A stretch of DNA of 64,000 bases from Eledone cirrhosa (Eukaryota). Made by a program: the position numbers and the translations under genes. Within the stretch, counting starts at the first letter, position 1. The number at the start of each line of letters is the position of its first letter. Shown one piece after another: positions 1 through 14,881 of this stretch. The notes beneath the pieces were generated by a model. That model made no database searches. It was not told the DNA's origin and saw nothing but the letters and a program-made list of their open reading frames with translations. The DNA lies in NCBI GenBank assembly GCA_964016885.1, contig OZ024750.1:53258001-53322000 (forward strand), in the 5' to 3' direction.

Positions 1-1957
<1,957 letters not shown>

Positions 1958-2020
1958 CCAGGTGGTGCTATTAAGTTAGACATGGCCTGGGCCAATACTG
2001 GCCAAAACATTTCAAAGTTA
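1958..2020 (+). mobile_element. Extreme 3' end of a CR1/L2-group LINE (5'-truncated)
   Basis: ccaggtggtgctattaagttagacatggcctgggccaatactggcc is identical to the 3' UTR of the LINE fragment at 55789-55835. Confidence 0.6.
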
Positions 2021-2034
2021 TATATATATATATA

Positions 2035-2076
2035 TATGATGGCTGCCCCCTCGTTATCGAGTATGGCCATTGCACA

Positions 2077-2113
<37 letters not shown>

Positions 2114-2115
2114 AA

Positions 2116-2176
<61 letters not shown>

Positions 2177-5100
2177 GCAATAATAATAATAACGACAACA
2201 ACAATAATAATATACATATTCATATATATATACACACACACGCACGCACATAAGCATATCTACACACACACACACACAAACACACGATAGCAACTAACAG
2301 TGCTGCGATCGAATGTGGCTTTTTAGCCCAGCCAATGATCCAAAATGTCTTGCACAGAGTCGGCAACCAAAACATTTACTGGGAATAGTCGGCTGTGGTT
2401 GGAGTTCGTGTACTTTTGCATGTCGCTTGAGTCCTCCTGCTGATTTACATTCTCTACCACATGTTTGGCAAGCATGATGAGTAGCATCTCCAACAGCAGC
2501 CTGGTAGTCAACCACTGGTCTTACTTTATGACTGCGAAGATGACTTTCGAGTCCAGCTTTGCTTAGGCAGAGTCTCGCACAGACGCTGCATGTCAGAAAC
2601 ATAGGAGGACCCTCGCCGTCTGGAAGTGCAACAGCAATACCCTTCCTCACGTCCCGCTTTACTTTCTCGTGTGCGATTCGAGATGCCTCAAAGGCAACTT
2701 TTCCCTCATATACAGTCTTTCTCCATTTATTACGATCAGCAGCAATATTTTCCCATGTATCAGCAGAGATGTTAGCGTCTTTCAGAGAGGCCTTCAAGGA
2801 ATCCTTATACCTCTTTTTTGGTTTATGTGGCGGTCGTTTTCCTTTAACCAACTCTCCATAGAAGAGTTGTTTTGGTATTCTAGAATCCTTCATCCTGGCA
2901 AGGTGACCACTCCAACGGAGTCGCTGCTTAAGCACAAGAGCTTCTATACTGTCACACATAGAGCTTTCCAAAATCTCGACATCACTGATGTGGTCCCTCC
3001 AGCGAACGCCATGTATCCGTCTGAGACACATCTGATGGAAACGCTCCAATTGCTTAAGGTGGCGTCGATATGTGACCCAGGTCTCGCAGGCATAAAGAAG
3101 ACAAGAGAGTACATATGCCCTGTACACCTTTACCTTTGTCCTCCTGCATATGTCTCGCCGACCCCAGAGTCGCCTTTCTAGCTTTCCGAAAGCATCACCT
3201 GCTTTCCTAATCCTAAGTGAGATTTCACTGTCAAGGTTGCCGTATCGATTGACAGTGCTTCCCAGGTAGACAAACTGATCAACCACTCCAAGTCGTTTGC
3301 CATACACATAGATGTTTGGTTCAGTGTACTGCCTACCAGGTGCAGGTTGGTACATGACGACGGTTTTCTTGAGACTGACAGTCAAACCCAGGGCAGTGCA
3401 AGCGTCAGAAAATACATTCAAAATGTGCTGCATATCACTCTCTGTGTGCGCTACAAGATCGCAATCATCTGCATACAAGAGGTCTCTTATGACTGATGTA
3501 AATACTTTTGTCTTCGCAGCAAAGCGCCTGATGTTAAATACGCTGCCTGAGGTTCGATATCGGATGTAAACACCATGCTCGCAATTCCTGAATGCAATAC
3601 AGAAAACCATTGCAAAGTATATGGCAAACAGGGTCGGTGCTGGAATATCCCCCTGTTTCACTCCATTTTTTACTGAGATAGGCTCCGACATGTTACCTCC
3701 GACATTAACCCAAGCCTTCATGTCGTCATGGAAAGACCTAACTAAAGCAAGGAACTTATCAGGGCAACCAAGTTTCTGGAGAACCTTCCATAATGCATCT
3801 CTGTTGACAGTATCGAAAGCCTTTGTCAGATCGACAAAAACCTGATACAGATCCAAGCCCTGTTCAATGCACTTCTCCTGGAGCTGTCTAGCTGAGAAGA
3901 TCATATCAGTAGTGCCGCGTCCAACACGAAAACCAGATTGACTTTCAGGAAGGACACAATCTGCAATGTGTGTCAGCAGACGGTCCAGAAGCACCCTACA
4001 TAAAACTTTCCCCACGACAGAAAGCAATGATATACCTCTGTAGTTCCCACAATCATTCCTGTTACCCTTTCCCTTGTACAAGACCACCATTACTGCATCT
4101 CTCCAGTCCTCAGGCACGGATTCATTAGCCCATATCCTTCCAAACAGAGAGTGAAGATGTTGCAGGAGTCTCTCACCACCATATTGTAGGAGCTCAGCAT
4201 GTATGCCATCCATACCTGGAGATCTTCCACTGTTCAGCTTCGAAATAGCCACTGCAACCTCCACAAGTGTCGGAGGCTCTGCGAGAGCTACTTTCACAGG
4301 ACTTTCCGGAATGAGATTGAGGAAATCTTCACTGACGACAGACGGCTGATTCAAAAGATCATCAAAGTGCTCCCGCCACCTTCGTAGAATTCCCTGTGAG
4401 TCACGAAGAAGTTCTTTGCCATCCTTGCTGCGAATCGGTGTCACCAGAGAAGAAGACGGTCCATAAACCTCACGCAAGAGACTGTACAACAGCTTTGTGT
4501 TATTGCAATCAGACGCAGTTTGTATCTCACCAGCCTTCTCACTCCACCACTGATCCTTCATCTGAGAAAGACTCCGCCTAACACGTGATTTTACATCCCT
4601 GAGCTCCTCATGCAACGTATTCCTCTCCTGTGGTCTTGCCGTCAAGTAGCGTGACAGAGCGCGCCTCTTATCAGCCAACAAGTCATCTATATGCACATCT
4701 TTCTCATTAAACCAGTCCTGATGTTTTCTCTGCACCAATCCCAGAACACGTCTGCCTACATCATAAACCGACTTTTTAAGGGTCGGCCAATCCTCACCAA
4801 GATCTGCAGCCTGCATCTCTTCTTCCAATGTCCTCTTCACATTTTTATCCTTAAGACGAGCAGCATTCAATCTTTTGGGCAGGGTAACACCAGGAGCCCG
4901 GATTTTACGTTTGGTGATTAGATTCACTTTTGCGCGTACCAGGCGGTGGTCCGTCCAGCACTCAGCTCCACGAAGAACACGAACACACCGCACATCCTGT
5001 CTGTCACGCATCCTGACTAGGACGTAGTCCAAAAGATGCCATTCCTTAGATGCAGGATGCATCCATGTGGTCTTGAATTTGTTCTTTTGTTGGAACATGG

Positions 5101-5847
5101 TGTTGGTAACACACAGATCCAGCTCCTCACACATCTGCAGCAAGAGCATACCATTGCTGTTACACTTTCCCACCCCATGCCTTCCGATTACATTCCATGT
5201 GTTAAAATCCCTACCCACTCTAGCATTAAAGTCACCAAGCACGATGACTTTGTCTGCCTGAGGGATATTTCTTAAAACACCTTTCAAGGCATGGTAAAAG
5301 GACAGTTTTTCTTCATCGACAGAATTCATAGTTGGAGCATACACACTCACCAGGGTAGCATATCTTCCCTTGTCCAGCGGAACTCTCATGGACATAAGAC
5401 GCTCACTAATCCCCACTGGGAATTCTTCCAATTTATTCACCAGTACAGTCTTAACCGCAAATCCTACCCCAGCCTCTCTTCTGGTTCCTTCATCTCTTCC
5501 TTTCCAGAAGAATGTATATTCTCCACAAAATTCCGTAAGATGACCATCTCCAGCTAACCTCGTCTCAGACAAAGCCACGATGTCAAGATCGTAACGTCGA
5601 AGCTCCTTCGCAACAAGAGCGGTCCTTCGTTCAGGACGCTCCAAAGAATCCCTGTCAAGCAGCGTCCGTACGTTCCAGCAGCCAAGACTAAATGCCCTGT
5701 TTGGCTCTATTACAATGGCACGATGACGGGCGGGCCCAGGTTGTGATAACTTGGGGCCCCTGCCCTTATTGCCAATGATCTTTTTTGTTCCAGAACCCAA
5801 ATTGGCAATTATCTCGTTTACATTGTTCTGGAACATCATTGAATTGG

Positions 5848-5879
<32 letters not shown>

Positions 5880-6700
5880 AGAAAAAAAAAAAAAAAAAGT
5901 AATAATAATAGTAATAATAATAATAATAATAATACTACACTATTAATAATTATTAATGCACTCGTGCAATGCCTGTGCGTGACGAATATTTTTAAAGTGA
6001 GGAAAGACTGTGCACTGAACCAATCCCACTCTCTGAGCGACAGTAGCTATAACCCGAAAAGAAGAAAAGATCAACATCATCGGTAACTACTGAGCCGCAG
6101 GTTTTATATCGGAGTTAACCCAGTTTCCTGAGATGCCTTCTCCTAGAAGAATACCCTGACATGGGCTAGGGGTTCTTCACTCCCAGTGGTTTAACTGCGC
6201 GATCGGGCATCCAGCCCGATTATTTCTATGTCCCCGCGCAAAAAAAAAAAAAAAAAAAAAATTACTTATTGACACTTATACGTACGACATACACACACAC
6301 GCATACATATGCGTGCACACAGCAACACTCACACACACAACAAACACACACACGCTACTCTACTCACTTACACGCACACACACACATATATATATATATA
6401 TTACCGTCATTACTGATACAAGATTACCAGATTATGTCAACTGTTGACTTTCAAGAGTTTGTATAGTTGAAGCCGATCGTATTACAGTCCAGTATTACTA
6501 TAATTGCTTTACAGCATAGAGTTATGGCTCTCCACGGAGTCAACAAAAGAGAGTACCAGTGATGCGCTGGCCAGTCGCTGGATCCGTGCCAAAAGCAGAA
6601 AAATTATTATTAAAGTTGTTCTTAAGGCCAGGTCGCTGGTGATGGTGATGGCGACGGCGGTGGCGGTGGTGGTGGTGGTGGCAGTTGATGTTGTTGTTCT
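2035..6700 (-). mobile_element. Apparently full-length RTE-clade LINE (family A)
   Basis: Intact ORF 5839-2294. The 3' end reads ...cgagggggcagccatcat into (TA)n. The 5' region 5840-6700 is shared with the second copy at 56030-58095. Confidence 0.88.
2294..5839 (-). CDS. RTE LINE ORF: APE endonuclease, reverse transcriptase and three C-terminal C2H2 zinc fingers (1181 aa, uninterrupted)
   Basis: APE motifs WNVRTL, SETRL, YAPT, GDFNARVG, LDYVL, TDHRLV. RT motifs NYRGISLL, FVDLTKAFD, KQGD, LLYADD, FVYLGS. Fingers CSVC..HLRSH, CQTC..HAKVH, CRLC..HIRSQH. Confidence 0.95.
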   Translation of the reverse strand: MMFQNNVNEIIANLGSGTKKIIGNKGRGPKLSQPGPARHRAIVIEPNRAFSLGCWNVRTLLDRDSLERPERRTALVAKELRRYDLDIVALSETRLAGDGHLTEFCGEYTFFWKGRDEGTRREAGVGFAVKTVLVNKLEEFPVGISERLMSMRVPLDKGRYATLVSVYAPTMNSVDEEKLSFYHALKGVLRNIPQADKVIVLGDFNARVGRDFNTWNVIGRHGVGKCNSNGMLLLQMCEELDLCVTNTMFQQKNKFKTTWMHPASKEWHLLDYVLVRMRDRQDVRCVRVLRGAECWTDHRLVRAKVNLITKRKIRAPGVTLPKRLNAARLKDKNVKRTLEEEMQAADLGEDWPTLKKSVYDVGRRVLGLVQRKHQDWFNEKDVHIDDLLADKRRALSRYLTARPQERNTLHEELRDVKSRVRRSLSQMKDQWWSEKAGEIQTASDCNNTKLLYSLLREVYGPSSSLVTPIRSKDGKELLRDSQGILRRWREHFDDLLNQPSVVSEDFLNLIPESPVKVALAEPPTLVEVAVAISKLNSGRSPGMDGIHAELLQYGGERLLQHLHSLFGRIWANESVPEDWRDAVMVVLYKGKGNRNDCGNYRGISLLSVVGKVLCRVLLDRLLTHIADCVLPESQSGFRVGRGTTDMIFSARQLQEKCIEQGLDLYQVFVDLTKAFDTVNRDALWKVLQKLGCPDKFLALVRSFHDDMKAWVNVGGNMSEPISVKNGVKQGDIPAPTLFAIYFAMVFCIAFRNCEHGVYIRYRTSGSVFNIRRFAAKTKVFTSVIRDLLYADDCDLVAHTESDMQHILNVFSDACTALGLTVSLKKTVVMYQPAPGRQYTEPNIYVYGKRLGVVDQFVYLGSTVNRYGNLDSEISLRIRKAGDAFGKLERRLWGRRDICRRTKVKVYRAYVLSCLLYACETWVTYRRHLKQLERFHQMCLRRIHGVRWRDHISDVEILESSMCDSIEALVLKQRLRWSGHLARMKDSRIPKQLFYGELVKGKRPPHKPKKRYKDSLKASLKDANISADTWENIAADRNKWRKTVYEGKVAFEASRIAHEKVKRDVRKGIAVALPDGEGPPMFLTCSVCARLCLSKAGLESHLRSHKVRPVVDYQAAVGDATHHACQTCGRECKSAGGLKRHAKVHELQPQPTIPSKCFGCRLCARHFGSLAGLKSHIRSQHC

Positions 6701-7353
6701 GTTGTGTGTGTGTGTGTGTGTGTGTTTTGTTATTTTGAGTTTTTTTTTTTTTTTTCCTTTCTTTTTTTTCTCCTTTTTTTTTTTTTTTCCCCTTCCCTTT
6801 TCTTTTTTCTTTTCCCTTCCTTTTTTTATGTTTTGATGCCGCTGTTGTTGTTGTTGTAATTGTTGTAAATGTTCATTTCAGTTCATTCTGAAGCTGTTGT
6901 TGCTGTAAACATTAGGGCCGGTGTTGTTGTTGTTGTAGATGTTGGGGTTGAAATCTGGTTGTTTGACTGAGTGATGTATATACACACATATACATACACA
7001 CACATATATATATATACATTCATCAGAGAGTAGAGAGTTTGACAACAGGTCGATGACTTTAGTCTCGATAGGGTATGGTATGGTAATGACATGTGATGGT
7101 GGGGAGAGAGTGTAGACGTTATTGTGGTGGTGTGGACAGTGAGATGTATCTAGTTCATTTGACCGTTTTCTTCTCTTAGCAAAATTTGAATTCTAGCCAT
7201 GTTATATTGAGATGTAAGTAAATGTAAAATATAAATAAGGATTGCTCTGCTAAAATATACTAAAATATTTGTGTAACTTCCACAAACTTCTGTCGTGACA
7301 TTCCCGAGTCCAGTAACCAACAAATTGTTGTATTTTGATGTTTCAGAATACAA

Positions 7354-7429
<76 letters not shown>

Positions 7430-7640
7430 ATATATATATACATATGTATATATATATATATATATACATATGTATATATATATATTGTTATACTTTGGGA
7501 GGGTCATGTTGCCAATAAGAAGCACACGCACCAGTTGCTTTCACTTCAATTTAATTTAATATATATTTATAAATTTACAAATTTATAAATTTCTGGTTGG
7601 TTGGTTGGTTCCACAACCAGATAGTTGTTTATATATATAT

Positions 7641-7685
7641 AGTCATAGTTCTTTCGTCACACACTCTGTGACCTCTTCAGTGACT
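7641..7685 (-). ncRNA. Minimal type I hammerhead ribozyme motif (Penelope pLTR-type)
   Basis: Minus strand: agtca-CTGAAGA-g gtcaca gagtg tgtgac-GAAA-g aa c-TA-tgact. Helix I is agtca/tgact and helix II is gtcaca/tgtgac. Confidence 0.75.
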
Positions 7686-7761
7686 GGGGATTTCTTTCTT
7701 CGTTTCTGTGCCTTTCCTTTCTTCTATCCTACGCCAAAATGGCGTAGGATAGAAGATAGAC

Positions 7762-10720
7762 TTTGTTATCTCTAATTTTTTCCTTAGTTCGTTTATGCTT
7801 TGCCGTTCACGTATATTACTGTTACACATCCAGCGGAGCATGCAAGCTTCGTTCCTCTCTAGTCTGCGTATATCCTCTGCACACAATGCCCAGGTCTCAC
7901 TGCCATGCAACATTGCTGTTCGTATGCAGGCATCGTACAACCTGCCTTTCATTTTTAGGGAGAACCCTTTAGCAGCTAATAGTGGTATAAGCTCTCTGAA
8001 CTTTTTCCAACCAGTTCTGACTCTAGCTACAGTACTTTCAGAGCACCCTCCCCCACTGCTGATTTTATCGCCCAGGTAACGGAAGCTGTCCACTATTTCT
8101 ATAGAACCCTCTGCGCAATTGAAAGAGCTAGTATTTTGTGGGCACTTGCTGCTACTTATTGCACCAGAACACCGGCCACATGTAAAATCTATGTTCTTAG
8201 TTAGCTTACCTGTGATCCCACTACATCTTTTATGCACCCATACTTTGCATTTAGGACATAAAATGGAGTTTCTACCTACGCCTTTCCTACACACCGAGCA
8301 CGACCATTTCCCAGAAGGGACCGCCGCCTTGTTTTCTTTCCTACAAACTAGAACTTTGGTCTTAGCCAGGTTAATTTTAAGTCCTTTTGACTCTAGGCCG
8401 TGCTTCCATGTTTGGAATTTCTTCTCTAGCTCGACCATTGATTCCGCTATGAGTGTCAGGTCGTCTGCGTATAGGAGTTCCCATGGGCAGCCTGTCTTGA
8501 ACTCCTCTGTTATAGCCTGAAGGGCAATAATAAATAGTAGGGGGCTGAGAACAGAGCCCTGATGGACGCCAACTTTTACGCTAAACTCTTCACTATATTC
8601 GTTGTTAATTCTAACCTTGCTGACTGTTTCTTTATACATGGCTTGTATAGCCCTCACAAGCCATTCGTCAACCCCTAGTTTTCTAAGAGCCCACCAGATA
8701 ATGGAGCGGGGGACTCTGTCGAAGGCTTTCTCCAAGTCGACAAAAGCTAAGTAGAGGGGTTTACCTTTAGCTAGGAACTTCTTCTGTAGTTGTCGTACTA
8801 TGAAAAGAGCGTCTGTGGTACTTTTGCCTGACACAAACCCGAACTGCATTTCATCTAGGTCAATTCTCTCTCTGATTAGTTGCGCTATTACTTTTTCCGT
8901 GACCTTCATGACCTGGTCGATTAATTTAATGCCTCTATAGTTACTCCTATCTAGGGCGTCTCCTTTACCCTTATAACAGTTAACGATGATGCTGCTATGC
9001 CAGTCCTTCGGAACAACCCCATTCTGTACGACTTGGTTAACTATGCGGGTGACCATGGTGTGTCCCACCGTGCCAGATGCCTTCAGCATCTCAGCAACTA
9101 TTTCCGAAGGCCCAGCCGCCTTACCTGTCTTCATATCCTTGATTGCCTTACTTATTATACTCCCCTCGACTAACACTGCTGGTCCCTCTATTGGGTCGAC
9201 ATGGGGGAGACTGTCTTTCTCCCATTTATTCTCCTCATTTAGTAGCCTTTCATAGTGACACTTCCAAGCTACCTTCTTATCAGTGTCGGTGATGGCAAGT
9301 ATGCCATTATCGTTAAGTACACACTTCTCCCCGACAATATCACGGTTTTCCTTGACGCATTGCCCTCAGCTTCCCTTCTTGCTAAGTACACTTCTCTCCT
9401 AGCTTCCCTCCTGGCCACTTGATAGTCTACTCTACTTCCCCCATCCCACCATACTTTCCAAGCCTGCTTTTTGGCCTTAATTGACCCCTCCACCTTACTG
9501 TTCCACCACCATGTTACTCTCCTCCTGCCTACAGGCCTGCTCCAGCCACAGACTTCGTCTGTCGCCAACAGCAGGTTTGCTTTCAGAAATTCCCACTCTC
9601 CCTCTATATTGTCCGACTCTAAATGTTCTTCCTTACTGTCGAAAGCATCAAGTAATATGCTTTGAAATTTATTCCTGGCTGTGGGGTCCTTTAGCTTCCA
9701 TATTTTTCTCCTGAGGATAGTCCTCTTCTGCTGTCGAGTACGTCTCGTCCTGACTATGAGGTCGCTAATTATCAGTCTATGTTGGGAGGTGCATTCTTCA
9801 TGGGGGAGGGATTTAGTGTTTACAACAGACACTCTGTCACGTCTTCTGGTAAGGATATAATCTACCTGGCTTGTGTGTTCCCCGGATCTATAGGTGATCA
9901 GGTGATTGTCACGTTTTTTGAAGTTAGTGTTACAGATAGTTAGGTTATTTGCATCACAGAATTCCAGGATCCCGGAGCCTTCCTCATTTCTAGTACCAAA
10001 CCCATAGCCTCCATGGATTTCGTCGTAGCCGTCACAATGTTGCCCGTGACCATTTAGGTCGCCTGCAATAATTATATAGTCACTGTCAGATATTTGGGAG
10101 GTAGTGAGCATCAGTGTCTCATAGAATCTGTCTTTTATAGTGCCGGGCAGTCCGGATTGGGGTGCGTACGCAGATATTACTGTCACCGTAGTTCTATTGA
10201 GGACAAGTCGTATTTTAATTATTCTGTCGTTCACTCTATTTACGTCTATTATCTTATCTGCCCACTTTTCTGCTACCATGATTCCTACTCCACCCAGCCC
10301 ATCGTCGTTTCCCACCCAGAAAAGCTTATAACATCGTTTTTTACCCTCAATGAATCTAGCAGACCCACCCCTCCACCTGGTCTCTTGAATACAACAAACA
10401 TCGACCTCCTTACGTTCAAGCATTTCTACAACCTCGTTAGCGCGACCCTTTAGGGTGCCTACATTTATGGTACCAACTCTGAAGTTTTGGATTGCGTTTG
10501 GGTGGTGGGGGTGGTGGGGGTGGTGGGGGGCAGGGGGAGATGGGGTTATGTTAGCCATCCGCGGGCGAAACAAAGAAGAGTGCTCGCATTCTCGTCCACG
10601 AGGTGAATTTGACTTTAACATTGGCATTTTCGCTCTGAGCGTCCAGATTTTTCTCTCCCTTCCACTCTCCAGGATTCCGCAGTCCGTCCATCCATCCATC
10701 CATCCATCCATCATATATCG
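7762..10720 (-). mobile_element. RTE-clade LINE family B, disrupted (about 64-nt deletion/frameshift near 9362; 3' end lost)
   Basis: ORFs 10735-9269 (APE: INVGTL, QETRW, YAPQ, GDLNGH, VDYIL) and 9176-7677 (RT: HQGS, LLYADD, PHD-like cluster). Near-identical to the + strand copy at 22726-24850. Confidence 0.93.
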
Positions 10721-10921
10721 AAGGCAACCGGGCAAGCGATAGTATAGGCCTCTGGCTTATGATTGGTCCGCGTAATAATAATAATGGTGATGCGTGTGGG
10801 GGGGGGGGTCTGGCTTATAATAATAATGGTGATGCGTGTGGGGGGGGTCTCTGGCTTATGATTGGTCCACGTATTAAGAATGGTGGTGTGTGGGGGCGGG
10901 TGGGAGGGATGTGGGGTAGCT

Positions 10922-11206
10922 AGCTGGAAGGTTATGAATGTTTAACAGCGAGTAACAAAAAGCAAAACTGCAAGATTTGTTCTGTTCAATACGACAAAAA
11001 CACCGTATTTAAACCTTAATAAATAACAAAAAAAATACAGATTTCGGATTTTGCGAGATTGGATGTTTCGACTATGTACGAAATTGTGGTGTGTGGAGTA
11101 GATAGGAAAAACGTGAACATTACGATTACATGGTTACACCGTAGTAGGGATAGTTGAAGCGGCAATTGTTTGGCGAAAGTGAATAAACATGAACGGGAAT
11201 TTATCT

Positions 11207-11237
<31 letters not shown>

Positions 11238-11862
11238 AGCTAAGAGAGAGAGAGAGAGAGAGTGGGAAGGGGGAGAGAGAGAGAGAGAGAGAGTGGCTGA
11301 CCGCAACCCCTCGTGAAGAAGATGGTGGGTGAAGGGTGTATGAGCGGGGTTTTTGACTTTCGAGGTAGCATGATATATATATTTAAAGTAAATTATAAGA
11401 AGTAGGATGGGAAGGATTTTGTTTTTTTGTTTGAGAATACGATAGAATTAGGGAATTGGAGGATACGATAGAATTAAGAATGGGGAGGATTTTGTTTTTT
11501 TTTTGTTTGGGAATACGATGGAATTAAGGAATTTAAGGAATTGGAGAATACGATAGAATTAAGGAATTGAGGAGCTGGAAGGTTATGAATGTTTAACAGC
11601 GAGTAACAAAGAGCAAAAAGCAAAACTGCAAGATTTGTTCTGTTCAATACGACAAAAACACCGTATTTAAACCTTAATAAATAACAAAAAATACAGATTT
11701 CGGATTTTGCGAGATTGGATGTTTGGACTATGTACGAAATTGTGGTGTGTGGAGTAGATAGGAAAAACGTGAACATTACGATTACATGGTTACACCGTAG
11801 TAGGGATAGTTGAAGCAGCAATTGTTTGGCGAAAGTGAATAAACATGAACGGGAATTTATCT

Positions 11863-11893
<31 letters not shown>

Positions 11894-12115
11894 AGCTAAG
11901 AGAGAGAGAGAGAGAGAGTGGGAAGGGGGAGAGAGAGAGAGAGAGAGAGAGAGTGGCTGACCGCAACCCCTCGTGAAGAAGATGGTGGGTGAAGGGTGTA
12001 TGAGCGGGGTTTTTGACTTTCGAGGTAGCATGATATATATATTTAAAGTAAATTATAAGAAGTAGGATGGGAAGGATTTTGTTTTTTTGTTTGAGAATAC
12101 GATAGAATTAGGGAC
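10922..12115. repeat. Tandem duplication of an unclassified ~650-bp unit with internal gaatacgatagaatta subrepeats
   Basis: 10922-11455 is nearly identical to 11573-12112. Confidence 0.85.
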
Positions 12116-12121
12116 AAAAAA

Positions 12122-12180
12122 ATATGTATGTATGTATGTATGTATGTATATATATATATATATGTATGTATGTATGTATG

Positions 12181-12215
<35 letters not shown>

Positions 12216-12216
12216 G

Positions 12217-12247
<31 letters not shown>

Positions 12248-12300
12248 GTATGTATATATATATATATATACATACATATATATATATATATGTATGTATG

Positions 12301-12331
<31 letters not shown>

Positions 12332-12428
12332 GTATGTATATATATATATATATACATACATATATATATATATATGTATGTATGTATATATATATATATA
12401 TATACATATATATATGTATGTATGTATA

Positions 12429-12463
<35 letters not shown>

Positions 12464-12478
12464 GTATGTATGTATATA

Positions 12479-12515
<37 letters not shown>

Positions 12516-12522
12516 GTATGTA

Positions 12523-12553
<31 letters not shown>

Positions 12554-12562
12554 CTATGTATA

Positions 12563-12598
<36 letters not shown>

Positions 12599-12610
12599 TG
12601 TATGTATGTA

Positions 12611-12641
<31 letters not shown>

Positions 12642-12650
12642 CTATGTATA

Positions 12651-12686
<36 letters not shown>

Positions 12687-12692
12687 TGTATG

Positions 12693-12727
<35 letters not shown>

Positions 12728-12746
12728 GTATGTATGTATGTATATA

Positions 12747-12797
<51 letters not shown>

Positions 12798-12802
12798 GTA
12801 TA

Positions 12803-12838
<36 letters not shown>

Positions 12839-12856
12839 TGTATGTATGTATGTATA

Positions 12857-12911
<55 letters not shown>

Positions 12912-12950
12912 GTATATATATATATATATGTATGTATGTATGTATGTATA

Positions 12951-12986
<36 letters not shown>

Positions 12987-12994
12987 TGTATGTA

Positions 12995-13051
<57 letters not shown>

Positions 13052-13052
13052 G

Positions 13053-13089
<37 letters not shown>

Positions 13090-13090
13090 G

Positions 13091-13146
<56 letters not shown>

Positions 13147-13175
13147 CATATGTATGTATATATATATATATATAT
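12122..13175. repeat. (TA)n/(TATG)n compound microsatellite
   Basis: Directly visible. Confidence 0.97.
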
Positions 13176-13182
13176 TAGTTAT

Positions 13183-14064
13183 AAAAAGTTCAGAGAGCTT
13201 ATACCACTATTAGCCGCTAGAGGGTTCTCCCTAAAAATGAAAGGCAGGTTATACGATGCCTGCATACGAACAGCAATGCTGCATGGCAGTGAGATCTGGG
13301 CATTGTGTGCAGAGGATATACGCAGACTAGAGAGGAACGAAGCTTGCATGCTCCGCTGGATGTGCAATAGTAATATACGTGAACGGCATAAACGAACTAA
13401 GGAAAAAATTAGAAATAAGAGGGATCAGATGTTGTTTACTCGAGAGAAGGCTACGTTGGTACGGTCACGTGATGCGCATGAAAGACGACAGCTGTATAAC
13501 AAAGTGCAGGGCAATAAAGATAGACGGTAGCCACGGAGTAGGCAGACCCAGAAAAACATGGGACGAGCTGATAAATTCCGACCTCACACGCTTACACCTC
13601 TCCAAGACAATGTCACTGGACCGAGACCTTTGGCGGTACTCAGTAATAGAGAAGACCCGCCTTACCTAAATACAAAGTAAAAACCTACTACAGTCAGTAG
13701 GCATCTCTATCAAAACACCCCCCGTCCCACCACCTCCGCCCCATCCACACCACCCCTTTCAATGTACAGTTATGTTGGTGCCACAACATCCAGGCCGAAA
13801 CAAATGAGATCGTGTAGGTGTCACGACAAAAAAACACACAGTCCACGCTGTAAATGTGGCCGTGTAGGCAACACGGTAAAAACCTCCCAGCCCCACACTG
13901 TAAATGTGGTTGGTGTTAGGAAGGGCATCCAACTGTAGAAAACCCGCCAGACAGTCCTATGCGAGCAAGACAACCACTCTTGCCTCAAGTGGGAAAACCC
14001 CCATCCAAACCCATGCAAGCGTGGAACACGGACGCTAAACCTGATGATGATGATGATGATGATG
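13183..14064 (+). mobile_element. RTE family B 3' fragment with (GAT)n tail
   Basis: [10 protein letters not shown]...[12 protein letters not shown]...EKTRLT with a frameshift, the family B 3' UTR and a (gat)n tail. Confidence 0.92.
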
Positions 14065-14095
14065 ATATATATATATATATGTATGTATGTGTATG

Positions 14096-14126
<31 letters not shown>

Positions 14127-14135
14127 GTATGTATA

Positions 14136-14186
<51 letters not shown>

Positions 14187-14265
14187 GTATATATATATAT
14201 ATACATATATATAATGTATGTATGTATATATATATATATATACATATATATAATGTATGTATGTA

Positions 14266-14302
<37 letters not shown>

Positions 14303-14313
14303 GTATGTATATA

Positions 14314-14344
<31 letters not shown>

Positions 14345-14355
14345 GTATGTATATA

Positions 14356-14388
<33 letters not shown>

Positions 14389-14409
14389 GTATGTATGTAT
14401 GTATGTATA

Positions 14410-14443
<34 letters not shown>

Positions 14444-14525
14444 CATATGTATGTATATATATGTATATATATATATATATAAATATGTATGTATATATAT
14501 GTATATATATATATATATAAATATG

Positions 14526-14581
<56 letters not shown>

Positions 14582-14881
14582 AATTGAAACAAAATGAAAA
14601 CGAAATTTCATTTCTCACTCTTAGTATGGCACTTACTTAAAGGTAAGTATGCATGTATACGTACATACATATATGTATACAGACGTACAGTAGCATGCAC
14701 ATATATATATATATATACATATATACATACATATGCATACAGGTACACATACATATATGCACGTATCAGTTTAGCGGCGCTAACGTCGCTTTGTTCGTTT
14801 GTAAACAAACTGAACAGCCTGAATTTATGCCATACGGTGTTAAGGCAACCACGTCACCTTTTTGTTCAACACTGACACAGG

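Noticed and set aside
2041-2293. Poly-pyrimidine tracts in the LINE A UTRs as possible introns
   Set aside because: No AG acceptor directly follows the tracts on the element strand.
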